Positions 10,532-21,630 are shown, counted from the first letter of the stretch. The stretch is 64,000 bases of DNA from an uncultured Verrucomicrobiae bacterium (GCA_963822005.1 CAWGGD010000015.1:479555-543554); one strand, 5' to 3'. Numbers and translations: made by a program. Notes: a model not told the origin generated them from the letters alone.

Positions 10532-11321
10532 TTACTGGGCCTTGGCGGCGGCAGGTTGGGGGACGGCTTCACCGCGGGTGAGAAACTCGCGCACGGCGGG
10601 ATCGGTGGAGTTCTTCAGCAGCTCGCGCGGGTTGCCTTGCGCCCGCATCGTGCGGGTGTTGGGATCCAGGAAAACCGAGTTGTCGGCGATCGTGAAAATG
10701 CTGGCCAGCTCGTGGGTGACGACGACGAACGTGGCGCCGAGGCTGTCGCGGAGTTGCAGGATCAGTTCGTCCAGGTTGCGCGAACTGATCGGGTCCAGGC
10801 CGGCCGACGGCTCGTCAAAGAACAAAACGTCCGGGTCCAGCGCCAGGGCGCGAGCGAGCCCGGCACGCTTGCACATGCCGCCCGAAATCTCCGCCGGATA
10901 GTAATCCTCAAAGCCTTTCAAGCCGACGAGCGCCAGCTTCAACCGGGCGATGTCGCGGATTTCGGCCGGCGGGAACTCGGTGTATTCGCCCAGCACCAGC
11001 CCGATGTTCTCCGCCAGCGTCATCGAGCTCCACAGGGCGCCCCCCTGAAACAAGACGCCGAAGCTGCGCAGCTTGACCGTCCGCGCTTCCTCATCCGAAG
11101 CCCAGAAAGGAGCGCCGTCGTAGAACACATCCCCCTGCGCCGGCTGCTTCAGCCCGATCATGTGCCGCAGCAGCGTGCTTTTGCCGCAGCCGCTGCCACC
11201 CATGATGATGAAGATCTCGCCGCGCTTGCATCTTCGCGCTGATGTCGCGCATGACCACGAACGAGCCGTAGGCCATCGTCAGGTCGCGAATCTCGATCTT
11301 GATGTCGGCGTCGGGGTTCAC
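10532..11321 (-). CDS. ABC transporter ATP-binding protein (MlaF-like) with a 1-bp frameshift near 11215.
   Basis: Walker A (GGSGCGKST), the ABC signature LSGGM and Walker B DEP are present. The N-terminus (MNPDADIKIEIRDLTMAYG) is in another frame (ORF 11091-11321). Confidence 0.8.
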
Positions 11322-11324
11322 GGC

Positions 11325-12468
11325 TCAAATGTGCAATGCGCTGCAGATCACGGCGAAAATGCCATCCGACGCGATGATCCAGGTGATGCCGGTCACCACC
11401 GCCGAGGTGGTGGCCTGGCCGACGGCGGCCGCATTGGTGCCGCATTGCATCCCGCGCAAACAGCCGGTCAGCGCCACCAGCACGCCAAAGAACCCGCCCT
11501 TGAAAACGCCCAGCAGAAACCCGGAAAGGCGGATGGCTGCGACGGTGCGGTCCAGATAAAGCACCGGCGGCGACGTCCAGCATCAGGGTCGAGACCAGGA
11601 ACCCGCCGGCGATGGCGATCAGGTCGGCGAAAATGCACAGCAGCGGCATCATCAGGATCAACGCCAGCATCCGGGGCAGGACGAGGAACTCGAAGGGCGA
11701 GATGCCGAAGGTCCGGAACGCCTCGATCTCCTGGTTCACCTTCATGGTGCCCAGTTGCGCGGCAAACGCCGCGCCGGTGCGGCCGCAGATGATGATGCCG
11801 GTCATGATGCAGGCCATCTCGCGGACGGTGGCCACGGCCACGAGATCCGCCGTGTAGATGGACGCGCCGAACTGGGTCAGCTCGGTGGCGCCGACGAAGG
11901 CGAGGATCATCCCGATGAGAAAGTTGATCAGGGCCACGATGCCCAGGGCCTCCGGCCCGCACTGCTGGATGACCAGCAGTGTGTCCGACCAGCGGAACTG
12001 GGCCCGGCCACGCAGCAGCTTCAGCAACGCCACCACGCTCTCGCCCAGGAAGCTGAGCATCGCCGTGCCGCCCGTCCAGGCCTCCAGGCCCGACTCGCCG
12101 ACCCGCTGGAGGAAGGGCGCCTTCACGTCCCGGCGGGCCGCATCCGTCTTTTCCGGAACGGCCTGGGAAAGCGCGATCAGCTTCGCCAGGCCGTCCGGCA
12201 GGGTCTTGGTGCGGAACTCGACCTTCGCCTTTGTGCAAAGCTCGTTGAGTGCCAGAATGCGCACCATCAAGGCGCTGTCCCAGCGTCCCAGCCCCTGCGC
12301 ATCAAACTCCAGTGCGGGCACGCGGCTGCCAGCCAGTTCCTTCTCCACCGCCGAGACGTCCGGCAGGCCCGTCCGATCCAGCCAATCACCGGCGATTTCG
12401 ACGACGAGGACGCCATCCTCTTTCCGCCGAACGGCCAGCCGCGCACGAGTATGTTCCGGGTTACTCAC
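11325..12468 (-). CDS. ABC permease MlaE-like with an N-terminal STAS (anti-sigma-antagonist-like) domain fusion. There is a frameshift near 11570.
   Basis: The MlaE transmembrane core is split between ORF 11158-12468 and ORF 11325-11564. The N-terminal ~120 aa is STAS-like. Confidence 0.75.
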
Positions 12469-12788
12469 ATTTCAGAGTGGTGGCAGGGCGATTCATCGGT
12501 TGCGCCGCCGTTGCCGGCACGACCTGCAAAGTGAAGAATCCCTTGGCCGTCGGCAAGTGCAGACGGCCGCCGGAGCCTGAACGGATGGTACACAAACATG
12601 GATTGCTCCGGAATGCTAACGATGATCACGACCGGCCCGGCGGGCGAGACTTCGGGCTTCCAGACATAGTCGCCCGGCTTGAATTCCGGGGTGAGCGGGG
12701 CAATCTGACGGCCTTCAGTAAGCCCAGCGGCACCCGCCGTGGTGGAGATCAACCCCGCGAACAGGAGGACAATCGCGAATGATTTCAA
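12465..12788 (-). CDS. Hypothetical exported protein (signal peptide), possibly the truncated N-terminus of a YkuD-like protein.
   Basis: Signal peptide MKSFAIVLLFAGLISTTAGAAG. Its ATGA overlaps the permease start. Confidence 0.35.
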   Translation of the reverse strand: MKSFAIVLLFAGLISTTAGAAGLTEGRQIAPLTPEFKPGDYVWKPEVSPAGPVVIIVSIPEQSMFVYHPFRLRRPSALADGQGILHFAGRAGNGGATDESPCHHSEM

Positions 12789-12827
12789 AGCAGCTTTTCA
12801 GCGGTTCAGCGGTTCCCGACCGCCCGC

Positions 12828-13765
12828 TTAATCCACCCGAATGCTGATCCGGGAGTCCTCCGCCTTCGGGAACTTCGCTTTCACGTCGGCTTCCAGATCT
12901 TGCAGGTCAAGCCCCGCCGGCATGTGGACGAAGAACACCATCCGCTTTTTGCCCCGGGACAGCGCATAACTTACAATCCGACAGCCGTGCGCGATGAGCA
13001 CTGGCTGCACTTTGCTATACACCGGGTTCGGATCCGCAGTGCCCTCGAGCCGGACCCTGATCCGGCAGCTTACCCGTGAATCCAACCAGAAGATCAGGCC
13101 CCAACTGAACGCGGTGACGAAGACCGCCATCGTCCACGATCCCATGCCGCAGGCCAGTCCAATCACCACGCCAGGATGGCTTTCCCGGTGACTTTCGGAT
13201 TGTCGAGCACGGTGCGGAACCGCAGCAGCGCGCCGATGCCGAAGATGACAAACGCGAGCGTTGGGCTGGTCCCGCTCAATTCGGCCACAATAGCGCCGAC
13301 CACGCCGAGGATGATGAGCGCCTTGCGCTCTTCGAAGTCGGACAGCGGATCAATCCGCGTCGCGCGGCGCGGATGCCAGGCAACCACCCACGCGCAACCC
13401 ACCGCCAGGCTCAGGCTCAAGAAGAGGCGCAGCACGAATTGCGGATGCGCAAACTGTTGCAGGCTGTTTTGGATGGACAGCAACGAATCGCCGTGCGGAT
13501 CGGTGCCGCCCATGACCGCGCCTCGGGTCATGGCCTTCGACAAGATTGATACGTGCGTCGTTTCCTTCTCGCCACTACCCGCAACCTTGGCGGTGTCATT
13601 GGACACCGCCGAATCGTGGTGCGGAACCTCGCCGCTGGTGGCCGTATCCTTGGTCGTCTCTTTCGCCGGGTCAGCGCCAAACGCCGCCGAGGATAGCAGG
13701 AGGGCAAAAGCGGCGATGGCGGAAGCCAGCGCCCCGGTAAACAATGCATTTCTGTCTGTTTTCAT
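12828..13765 (-). CDS. DUF4956-like membrane protein with a frameshift near 13165.
   Basis: The motif LLRFRTVLDNPKVTGKAI...VIGLACGMG is split between ORFs 13163-13765 and 12828-13169. Confidence 0.5.
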
Positions 13766-14172
13766 GATTTGAGTCTGCTGTTTTTGTCGTCTTCTATTTC
13801 AACCGCGAATGCGCGGGCCGCGGAATCAAAGGATTCAACAGGAGGAAACCGCCGCCGTGGCGAAGGGGGTGGCGCGCCGCGAAGGCGGAAGGGAGCGGAG
13901 ACGAATTGCTTTCGTCTCCGTTCGCTCCATTAGCTCCTGTGCCCATTACTGATTCTAGCTTTCAACTTTCACAATGCCAGCGTTTTCCTCAGCGGCCCGC
14001 CTGAACTTCAACGTGGGTTCTCTCTCATTTTTTCGGCTCATCACGCATCGTCTTAGCGGAGATCAATTCTTCAGCCGAAGGGGTTGCCGGGCCTCACGAG
14101 TTGGAGCGCGGATAGGACACTTCATATTGCGATGTGGTTGGTGGTTGGTGTCTATACGGAACGGGACCAAAA

Positions 14173-14916
14173 TCACGGTCCCTTCTCGAGGTTCGACCCG
14201 GCAGCAGGTTGCGCGGAGGCATAGACCGACACGAGGCGGGAAATCAGCACTGCCATGTAGAACAGCCCGGTGATGGCTTCCGTCATCGCGAGCATTCGGG
14301 CGACCCTGGAAACTGGCGCGATGTCGCCGTAGCCGACGGTGCAGAGGGTGATGACGCTGAAATACAAGGCGCTGAACCCGTCTAAGGTGGCGGGCGCATC
14401 CGCACCCGCAGGCAGGGTGAACGCGTGGGGATTCAGGCGGGCGACGGCGGCGTAAGCCGGCACCCACAGCAAAGCCAGCATCAAAAAGCCCGAGACCCCG
14501 GCGCAGAGAACATTGGCGTCCACCCGCGGCGCGCGCACGAGGAAGGCGAGCAGGCGCGCAATCACAAACGCGAAGAAGGCGACGGCGGCGGCCAGAAATA
14601 TGGCCGGAGGCAGCAGGTCGGGGCGGAAGTGGTTGATCCACTTCCCAGCCAGCGCGGGAGTGAGCAGTACAAGCGCGAGGATCAAGACCTTGCGCCGGCT
14701 CCCGACCACCAGCACGGCGGACACCATGACGAGCGTCAGAAGCACCGATTCGAGCAGGTCGCCCTGCGGCAAATCCTGCACGAAGGGCGCGGACACGAAG
14801 AGAAGTCCCAGCGCCACCAGGAGCTTGACGGCGGAGTAGCGAGCGGCGCCGAGCGGAAGGGCGGATTGGCACCGGGGCGGGACGGTTGGGTCGGGGGATT
14901 GGGGTGTGGGGTTCAT
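14173..14916 (-). CDS. K+-channel-like protein with canonical selectivity filter TVGYGD. It is a paralog of 6276-7106.
   Basis: Pore helix plus TLCTVGYGDIAP. There is about 60% identity with the other channel. Confidence 0.75.
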   Translation of the reverse strand: MNPTPQSPDPTVPPRCQSALPLGAARYSAVKLLVALGLLFVSAPFVQDLPQGDLLESVLLTLVMVSAVLVVGSRRKVLILALVLLTPALAGKWINHFRPDLLPPAIFLAAAVAFFAFVIARLLAFLVRAPRVDANVLCAGVSGFLMLALLWVPAYAAVARLNPHAFTLPAGADAPATLDGFSALYFSVITLCTVGYGDIAPVSRVARMLAMTEAITGLFYMAVLISRLVSVYASAQPAAGSNLEKGP

Positions 14917-14921
14917 CGGCC

Positions 14922-15677
14922 TTACTTCGCGAAATGGTTCAGGGCGTTAAGCATCGGTTCGCTGGAAAGCCGGATCATGCCGCCCAGCGGGTGGTCCAGC
15001 TCAACGACCAGGAAGACGGCGACGGCGACCGATAGGGCCGCAGAGACCAGGGCGAGGGTGGTGGTGGCGTTAGGCGGCGCGAGCAGGCTGAAGCCGAGAA
15101 AGATGAGCATCAGCCAGCAGCCGACGGCGATCAGCAACGGCTTGGGAATCGAGGGGACCATCTGCGCCAGCAACAGCATGCGGAGCTGGGCAAGGTCCAC
15201 GGCCAGAGACGCGGCCTGCGCCTTCAGGCCGCGCTGGGTGTCGTCGCGGGGGGAGAGTGACTGGATGGCGGCATAGACCGCGTCGCCCGCTTGCGCGTTG
15301 GGCATCAACTGGGCCCGCTCGCGCGCCTCCCGCGGCCACATGCGCCGGACCGCTTCCTCGACGGCTTGCCGAAAGCGGGCGCGAGCCTCGGCCGCTTCCG
15401 GACCATAGGCGGTGAGGACGCGGTCGAGGAACGCAACCTTGGCGGCCATCTGGATGACCTCGGTGCGCTGGGTGTCGTAGGTGCCCTTGGCGGAGCTCAC
15501 GAGCAGGCCCAGGAGCAGGGCGGTCATCGTTGCGACCAAGCCCATGGCCAGCTTCACGGCGTCCTTCGAGTCCCCGCTCAGGTGATGATCCGGCAGGTGC
15601 GGTCGCACAGTGCGTCCGAGCAGCACCGCGGCCACGAGGGCGGCGAGCAGGATAAGGGAGGTGAGGGCGGTGCTCAT
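14922..15677 (-). CDS. Hypothetical integral membrane protein, immediately upstream of and co-directional with the K+-channel paralog.
   Basis: It has an N-terminal transmembrane helix, a C-terminal transmembrane pair, and a 6-bp gap to the downstream gene. Confidence 0.5.
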   Translation of the reverse strand: MSTALTSLILLAALVAAVLLGRTVRPHLPDHHLSGDSKDAVKLAMGLVATMTALLLGLLVSSAKGTYDTQRTEVIQMAAKVAFLDRVLTAYGPEAAEARARFRQAVEEAVRRMWPREARERAQLMPNAQAGDAVYAAIQSLSPRDDTQRGLKAQAASLAVDLAQLRMLLLAQMVPSIPKPLLIAVGCWLMLIFLGFSLLAPPNATTTLALVSAALSVAVAVFLVVELDHPLGGMIRLSSEPMLNALNHFAK

Positions 15678-15682
15678 TGATT

Positions 15683-16117
15683 CTAACGACGCCGCGTTTC
15701 AGGCCGACGGTAGGTTCCACCGTCTCGCGAATAGGTCCGTGGATACACCTTGGCGGGTGAAACCGCGGCTGGAACAGGTCCCCGCGTAGCCGGGGTACCC
15801 GGAGGCCCCAGAGTGGCCCGCCGGGCATACGCAAGTTCCTCGTCTGACCACGTGGGATACGTTGCATAGGCTGTGGTCGGAGCTGGCGGCGGCTGATCTG
15901 TCGTCGCTGCCGGTGGCGGAGGGGCAGCGCCCGACTGGTCAACCGCGCCGGCTGTCGCGGCTGCCGGTTGAGCGTTTGCCACGACGGGCTGGGGAGCAGC
16001 AACGGCAGGTTGCACGGCGGGTTGCGTAAACGTCAACAGTTCCTCGTCCGAGGCGCGCGCGGCTGCCAGTGCATCCTCGCATAAACCGACACCCACCATC
16101 CGCCATACGCCCCCCAT
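15683..16117 (-). CDS. Pro/Ala-rich hypothetical protein. The ORF is uncertain.
   Basis: The ORF is low-complexity and overlaps the 3' end of the upstream gene. Confidence 0.25.
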   Translation of the reverse strand: MGGVWRMVGVGLCEDALAAARASDEELLTFTQPAVQPAVAAPQPVVANAQPAAATAGAVDQSGAAPPPPAATTDQPPPAPTTAYATYPTWSDEELAYARRATLGPPGTPATRGPVPAAVSPAKVYPRTYSRDGGTYRRPETRRR

Positions 16118-16749
16118 TCGCTCGGCATAACGGTTTCAAACGTCATCCCCTTGTTTTTCTGCACATCCTTCTGTTGCCAGCTCAAGGCGCGGACCATTTT
16201 CCGGTCGTCAGCGTTGGCCAGCACGGAGCAAATAAAACTCACGCAGTTGCTCCTCGCCTGATCGCTGTCCTTGAGAAAAGACATGGCGCCGATTTGGACG
16301 GCGGCCGGCTTGCCCAGGTCACCGAAGATGTTGAGTTCGTAGCCGGCGAATTGGCATTGAAACGAGATGTAGGGAACGTTCTTCCAGATGCCGGTTTCAA
16401 TCATCGTGGCCGGGACCTGTTTGAGCCCATCCGACCACTTGGTGTTTGCCAGCAGGGTAACGATCTGGGCCCAATCGGGAATTCGTTGTCCGTTGTTGGA
16501 CACATGGGGGGCGGCGGCCGGTTCTTTCTTCACCTCCTTGATCCAGGAGCGCGGATAACGGTGCGTGCCGGATTCCATTTGAATGAGAACGCCGTCGTCA
16601 TCCTGTTTCAGGATCTTTCCGGTCAGCACCCCGCCCTTTTCCAGGATGACCACGTCGGCGTTAAGCAGCGTTGGACACCACAATGCTAAACCGCAGGCGG
16701 CGATCAGTTTAACAGTTTTGAGTGATTTTGTTAGCCGGTTCTTTTTCAT
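16033..16749 (-). CDS. Secreted hypothetical protein (signal MKKNRLTKSLKTVKLIAACGLALWCPTLLNA).
   Basis: A signal peptide is present. Its start lies 9 bp after the stop of the upstream small gene. Confidence 0.5.
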   Translation of the reverse strand: MKKNRLTKSLKTVKLIAACGLALWCPTLLNADVVILEKGGVLTGKILKQDDDGVLIQMESGTHRYPRSWIKEVKKEPAAAPHVSNNGQRIPDWAQIVTLLANTKWSDGLKQVPATMIETGIWKNVPYISFQCQFAGYELNIFGDLGKPAAVQIGAMSFLKDSDQARSNCVSFICSVLANADDRKMVRALSWQQKDVQKNKGMTFETVMPSEWGAYGGWWVSVYARMHWQPRAPRTRNC

Positions 16750-16757
16750 GTTGTCTA

Positions 16758-17181
16758 TTAGTCGGGATCTAACGGATAATTGATGTGAAACGCGCATTCC
16801 TGAGTGCCGCTGGAGAGCCAGAGCAGCGCCTCCTCGAAGTCGCCAAAAGCCCGAACGGCGTAGCCATGCATGGTGCTTAAGAACGCAAACAGCCGGGCCC
16901 GGTGGTAGGGTCGGAACCGTAAAGGATCGCCAGACGCTCCTCCCGAGTGAAAACGACATCGCGAAACGTGCCCACGAGTTCAGCCAGGTCAGCCGGGCTA
17001 AACACCGGCTTCGGCCCGGGGTGCAACGCCTGTAAATCCATCATCGCGTGGGCGATGCCCTGTTTCCGGCACACGCCGACCAGGTCCGCCAGGGCCGCCT
17101 GGCTGGCCGGCAGGTCGAAGTGACCGTGCGCGCCGAACCGGATGGATTCACTGGCGCGGATGCTTTGAAGTTCCTGTGGCA
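16758..17181 (-). CDS. Small hypothetical protein, possibly with a STAS-like fold. It is a paralog of 23358-23999 and has a 1-bp frameshift near 16905.
   Basis: MPQELQSIRASESIRFGAHGHFDL...PKPVFSPADL...ERLAILY, then the continuation (HRARLFAFLSTMHGYAVRAFGDFEEALLWLSS) in a second frame. There is about 65% identity with the paralog. Confidence 0.5.
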
Positions 17182-17190
17182 TAACTAGCC

Positions 17191-18756
17191 TCACTTCACC
17201 AGCTCGATCTCCCCAGGCCGCCACGTCTGGTTGAACCACGGTTCGAGCGGACCGTAGAGGCGCAGGATGGTGAACCAGGATTGACCGGGGATCGTCTGAA
17301 CCCAGTTGGGTTCCTTGCCGGGCGGCGGTTTTGGGCCGAAATACACGTCCACGGAGCCGTCGGTGTTCACCAGCAAATCCTTGTTCTGGCTGCTTACGCT
17401 GGGGAACTGCTGGTCCGTCTGGACCATCGAACGGGTCTGGTCGCTGTAAACGATGACCGACCAGAAGGTTTTGACCGGGATGTGCGGCGGCAGGTGCAGC
17501 TTGTAGTTCTTGCCGCCATCCAGAGGGTGCTTGTTGGCGTCCACGGCCGTCCACGGGTAGGTGGAGCCTTCCCCAATGATCTTGGTGTCCATCGCCGGCG
17601 TGACGCCCGTGGCGAGGAAGAAGAACATGGCGGCAGCATTGAGGTTCGCGACCCCTGGTTGACACTCGAATTGATAGCCGCCCACAAACGCAAGCCGCCA
17701 GTTGGCGTTGTCGAAGAAATAACCTTCCTTCTCCCGCATCCGGTAGGCAATGGCCCGAGCGGTGGCGTCGCCGACGGTGGCGGCCTCGGTGAGAATTTTC
17801 TTCATGCGCGCGTTGGGAGCGAAAGGCTTGCCCTTTTCAATGCCGATGGACGCCCAGAAGCCCAGCGTGGTCGCGTCCATGGAATCCGTCGGCTCTTCCT
17901 GCACGACCTGGTTGAGCATTTCCCAGAAGCGGTAGTCGGATGGCCCGACCATGCAAAACGGCTTGCCGGACATGTTCACGAATTTAGGTGTCGGCGGGTT
18001 GGCAGCCTTGGCGAGCGGATAAATTCTTGTGGCCTTTTTCACCTCATCCACGCCCGGCTTGGGATCGCCGTTCACCAAGAAGCTGCGCCAGCCAGCCCAA
18101 ATGCTAAAGGTCGCGGGCCGCATGACGTGGTAACCTTCCGGCACCTCGCCCTTGAAGCCGGGCGGCAACAGCAGGTATTTCCCGCCCGCTCCCTTGTCCG
18201 GTCCGGTGATGCCAAGGTCGCCCGACCAGTGATACCACATGTCGTCGATCAGCCCCAACACCTTCGGGGGCACTTCCAAAACCAGCGGGCCGTTGTGGAG
18301 ATCGAGCCAGAACCAGGTGTAAGGTGTGTTGTCGTTCGCGGTGAGTTCGATGGTGCGGGAGTCCACCATCTGTTCCCAAATGGGCACGGTCGTGTTGGCC
18401 GGGCCTTCCTTAAGGATATTGGAGCGGTTGGCCAACTGGTTCACCGGCGGCAGGCCCAGCAGATAACCCTGCACGGCGTGCTGGAAGTCGAGGTTGTCGT
18501 AGAGCTTCTCGGTGGTGGCGATGTCTGGGCAGCCGCCTTCGAAATGAAGCACGCCTAGGCGCGTCTCGACCTTGTCTGACACCTCAATGCCCGGCGGTAT
18601 GGGCGTGGTCATTTTGTAGGTGGCCGAGTGGGAATGGGTTTGGTTATCGGTCGCGCAACCCGTAAGCAACAGTGTCAGGCCCGTGGCGCAGGCCATTGTC
18701 CCTACACCCAGGTTGATTTTGTCCGTCGTAATGGTTGTTTTCATGTCTGCTTTCAT
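17191..18756 (-). CDS. DUF1254/DUF1214 domain lipoprotein.
   Basis: Lipoprotein signal (LLLTGCA). Both domain signatures are conserved along the ORF. The start was chosen at MKADMKT. Confidence 0.75.
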   Translation of the reverse strand: MKADMKTTITTDKINLGVGTMACATGLTLLLTGCATDNQTHSHSATYKMTTPIPPGIEVSDKVETRLGVLHFEGGCPDIATTEKLYDNLDFQHAVQGYLLGLPPVNQLANRSNILKEGPANTTVPIWEQMVDSRTIELTANDNTPYTWFWLDLHNGPLVLEVPPKVLGLIDDMWYHWSGDLGITGPDKGAGGKYLLLPPGFKGEVPEGYHVMRPATFSIWAGWRSFLVNGDPKPGVDEVKKATRIYPLAKAANPPTPKFVNMSGKPFCMVGPSDYRFWEMLNQVVQEEPTDSMDATTLGFWASIGIEKGKPFAPNARMKKILTEAATVGDATARAIAYRMREKEGYFFDNANWRLAFVGGYQFECQPGVANLNAAAMFFFLATGVTPAMDTKIIGEGSTYPWTAVDANKHPLDGGKNYKLHLPPHIPVKTFWSVIVYSDQTRSMVQTDQQFPSVSSQNKDLLVNTDGSVDVYFGPKPPPGKEPNWVQTIPGQSWFTILRLYGPLEPWFNQTWRPGEIELVK

Positions 18757-18822
18757 GGGTTGCTGGTCTATGTTATTGAAGATTTGACAGGAGATAACGG
18801 GGGCAACAGAGAAGGGCTGTTC

Positions 18823-18856
18823 CGCTCCGTTCTCTGCGTTTGCTTCTGTTGTCAAC
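18823..18856 (-). promoter_or_regulatory. Conserved 5'-leader motif (mRNA sense: CAACAGAAGCAAACGCAGAGAACGGAG), shared with the leaders at 501-567 and 21601-21630.
   Basis: Direct sequence comparison of the three upstream regions. Confidence 0.6.
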
Positions 18857-18962
18857 CGGGGTTCATTACTTCTTCGACCGTGAATTCGCGGGCCGACCTG
18901 GTTGGGCCAGCCCGCGCGTTTCACAACCGAAACGAGTTTGCTGTTCGCGCTACTATGCAGGA

Positions 18963-21511
18963 CTAATGCGGCCCGCCCTGCAAATGATGGATCGGCTGGC
19001 CGTCAACCGCGACCGCTTCCGTGTTCTCAAGTTTCTTGATGTCCTCGGGCGACAACTGCGGGCGGTCCACTTTGATCGTCAGCTTGTTCAGCTTGGCGGT
19101 GAGGGTGAACGGCGGCTGGTAATCCGCGTCGTTCACGCCGGTCAGCGTGTCCGAACCGATGTCGAAGCTTTCGTCCCATTGCAAGATCATCGGCAGGGTC
19201 TTCTCCATCTTCTGCGTGGCGACGTCCTTTCCGTCCACCTTGAGCGTGCCGGTGCCGGGACGACCGAGGCCGCTCATGTTGTTGAACGCAAGCGTGCCGA
19301 GGCCCAGGCCGTCATACTTGAAGTCGAACTCCAGCGTGTGCTTGCCGGGCGCGAGCGCCTCCGGGCCTTCCCATTTAATCCGCTTGAGGTCAACGAGGTT
19401 CCAAAGGAACACCGGCTTGCCCTTGAGCAGGTAGAAGCCGTAGCCGGCGAAGCGTCCGCCGGAGGTCAGGATCATGCCTTCCGCGCCACCGTCGGGGACC
19501 GTGATGTCGGCGGTGATGGTGTATGAGGCGTCGAGCAACATCGGCGAATCACCCTGCGGCAGGCCAACCATGGGCCGGGTGTACACAAACTCGGTGCGGC
19601 CGGCGGTGATGTTCGGACGCGGCGCCACGATGCGAGCCGCCACCGAGGCGTCCAGCGGGAGCACCTGATACTTCTCCGCTTCCTTGATGAACATCTTCTT
19701 CAGCTCCTTCACTTTGTCCGGATGCTGGCCGGCGAGGTCCTGGGACTGACTGAAGTCCTGGTTCAGGTCGTAGAGTTGGAGGACCTGGTTGTTGAGCGGG
19801 TCGGTATTGGCGGCGCCGAAGGCCTCCCACGGCGCGCGGTTCACCTTGGTGCTCAACAGCCAACCTTCGTGGTAGAGTGCCCACTGGCCCATCATCTCGA
19901 AATACTGGGTCTTGTGCCGTGAGGCTTCCTTGGCGTTCTTCTCCTCGAACGTGTACGCGAAGCTCGTGCCCTCGATGGGCTTTTGCTTGATGCCGTCCAC
20001 GTAGTCGGGGGCGGAGATGCCGCAGACCTCGAGGAGGGTGGGCACCACGTCAATGACGTGCATGAACTGCTCGCGGAGGGCGCCTTGGTCCTTGATGTGG
20101 CCAGGCCAGGAGACGGCCATGCACTGCCGGATGCCGCCGAGCCGCGAGGCGTTCTGCTTGAACCATGTGAACGGCGTATCAAAGGCCCAGGACCAGCCCG
20201 CCGACATGTGATTGTAGGTCTGCTCCGTGCCCCAGACGTCATACCACTTCATCTGAAGCTCAGCGGGCATCATGCCGACGCCGTTGAACCACGCGACTTC
20301 GTTGGGCGTGCCGAGCGGGCCGCCCTCGGCGCTCGTGCCATTGTCGCCGTTGATGTAGATGATGAGTGTGTTGTCGAGCTTGCCCATGTCCTCGACAGCC
20401 TGAATCACGCGGCCTATTTCGTGGTCGTTGTAGGCCTCAAAGGCGGCAAAGATCTCCACCTGCTTGATGAAGAGCTTCTTCTCCTCGGGCGTGCAATCCT
20501 CCCAGTTCTTGATGACATTCGTCGGCCAGGGCTCCAGTTGCGTGTTCGCCGGAATCACGCCCAGGCGCTTCTGGTTCTCAAAAATCCGCTCGCGCAGCTT
20601 GTTCCAGCCGTCGTCGAACAGGTGCATGTTGTGGATCTTGTCCACCCACTCTTTCGTCGGATGATGCGGCGCATGCGTGGCACCGGGAACGTAGTAGCAG
20701 AAGAACGGCTTGCTCGGGATCAATCTGGTTGACGCGGTTCATCCAATCAATCGCGTCGTCGGCCATGCCGGTGACGAGATTCCAACCCGGCTTGCCTTCG
20801 AAGGGATAAATCTGCGTGGTGTTGCGGAACAGGTTCGGCTGCCACTGGTTGGCGTCGCCGCCGACGAACCCGTAGAAATACTCGAAGCCCATGCCGGTCG
20901 GCCATTGGTCGAACGGCCCGATCGCGCTGGCCTCGAAGGCGGGCGTGTTGTGGTCCTTGCCGAACCACGAGGTGGCGTAGCCATTGTCCAGCAGGATGCG
21001 GCCGATGGTCGCCTTGTCCTTGGCGATGATGCTGTTGTAGCCCGGGAAGCCGGTGGACTGCTCCGAGACCACGCCGAAGCCGGCCGAGTGGTGATTGCGC
21101 CCGGTAATCAACGCGGCGCGCGTCGGCGAGCAGAGCGCGGTGGAGTGAATGTTATTGTAGCGCAGCCCGGCCTTCGCGATGCGGTCCATCGCCGGCGTCG
21201 GGATGACGCCCCCAAACGTGCTCGGCACGCCGAAGCCCGAGTCGTCGGTCATGATGAGCAGGACGTTGGGAGCCTGCTTCGGGCGGCACGATGCGCGGCG
21301 CCCACCAGGCTTTGGATTTGAGGGCGTCGTTCTCGATCACGCCGCCGAATTTCGGGTCGGGCGCGGGCAGTTGTTTGCCGCTGATGGTCGTGGTCGCGCC
21401 GGGTGAACCCGGCGTGCCGGTGGTTTGGATTTCCGCTCGGGCGAAGGAGGCGGCCGCCATCACGGCAGCCGCGAGCACCCCGGTGAGCACGATGTGTCTT
21501 TGAGTTCGCAT
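18963..21511 (-). CDS. Large arylsulfatase (~850 aa, sulfatase domain plus a C-terminal beta-sandwich domain). It has 2 single-base frameshifts, near 21275 and near 20712.
   Basis: ORFs 21152-21511 (signal), 20578-21252 (MTDDSGFG...CSPTRAALITGR) and 18963-20723 (C-terminal 586 aa) align to one sulfatase. Both shifts are in G/C runs. Confidence 0.75.
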
Positions 21512-21600
21512 ACTTCTTTTTCTTTGGTTTGGTTTCAGTAATCTGCGGTTGTTAGAGACTTGAACAGAAATTAGAGGGAACAGGGGACAGTGGTCAGAGA

Positions 21601-21630
21601 CTCCGTTCTCTCCGTTTGCTCCTGTTGAAA
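21601..21630 (-). promoter_or_regulatory. Conserved 5'-leader motif copy (mRNA sense: CAACAGGAGCAAACGGAGAGAACGGAG).
   Basis: It lies about 95 nt upstream of the sulfatase start at 21511. Confidence 0.6.

Noticed and set aside
9905-11242. A 445-aa plus-strand ORF.
   Set aside because: It is antisense to the MCE and ABC ATPase genes. The translation is low-complexity with no domain.
15070-16002. A 310-aa minus-strand ORF.
   Set aside because: It is an alternative frame over the membrane-protein gene 14922-15677. The translation is Arg/Pro/Gly-rich junk.
17281-18558. A 425-aa plus-strand ORF.
   Set aside because: It is antisense to the DUF1254/DUF1214 gene. This is a shadow ORF.
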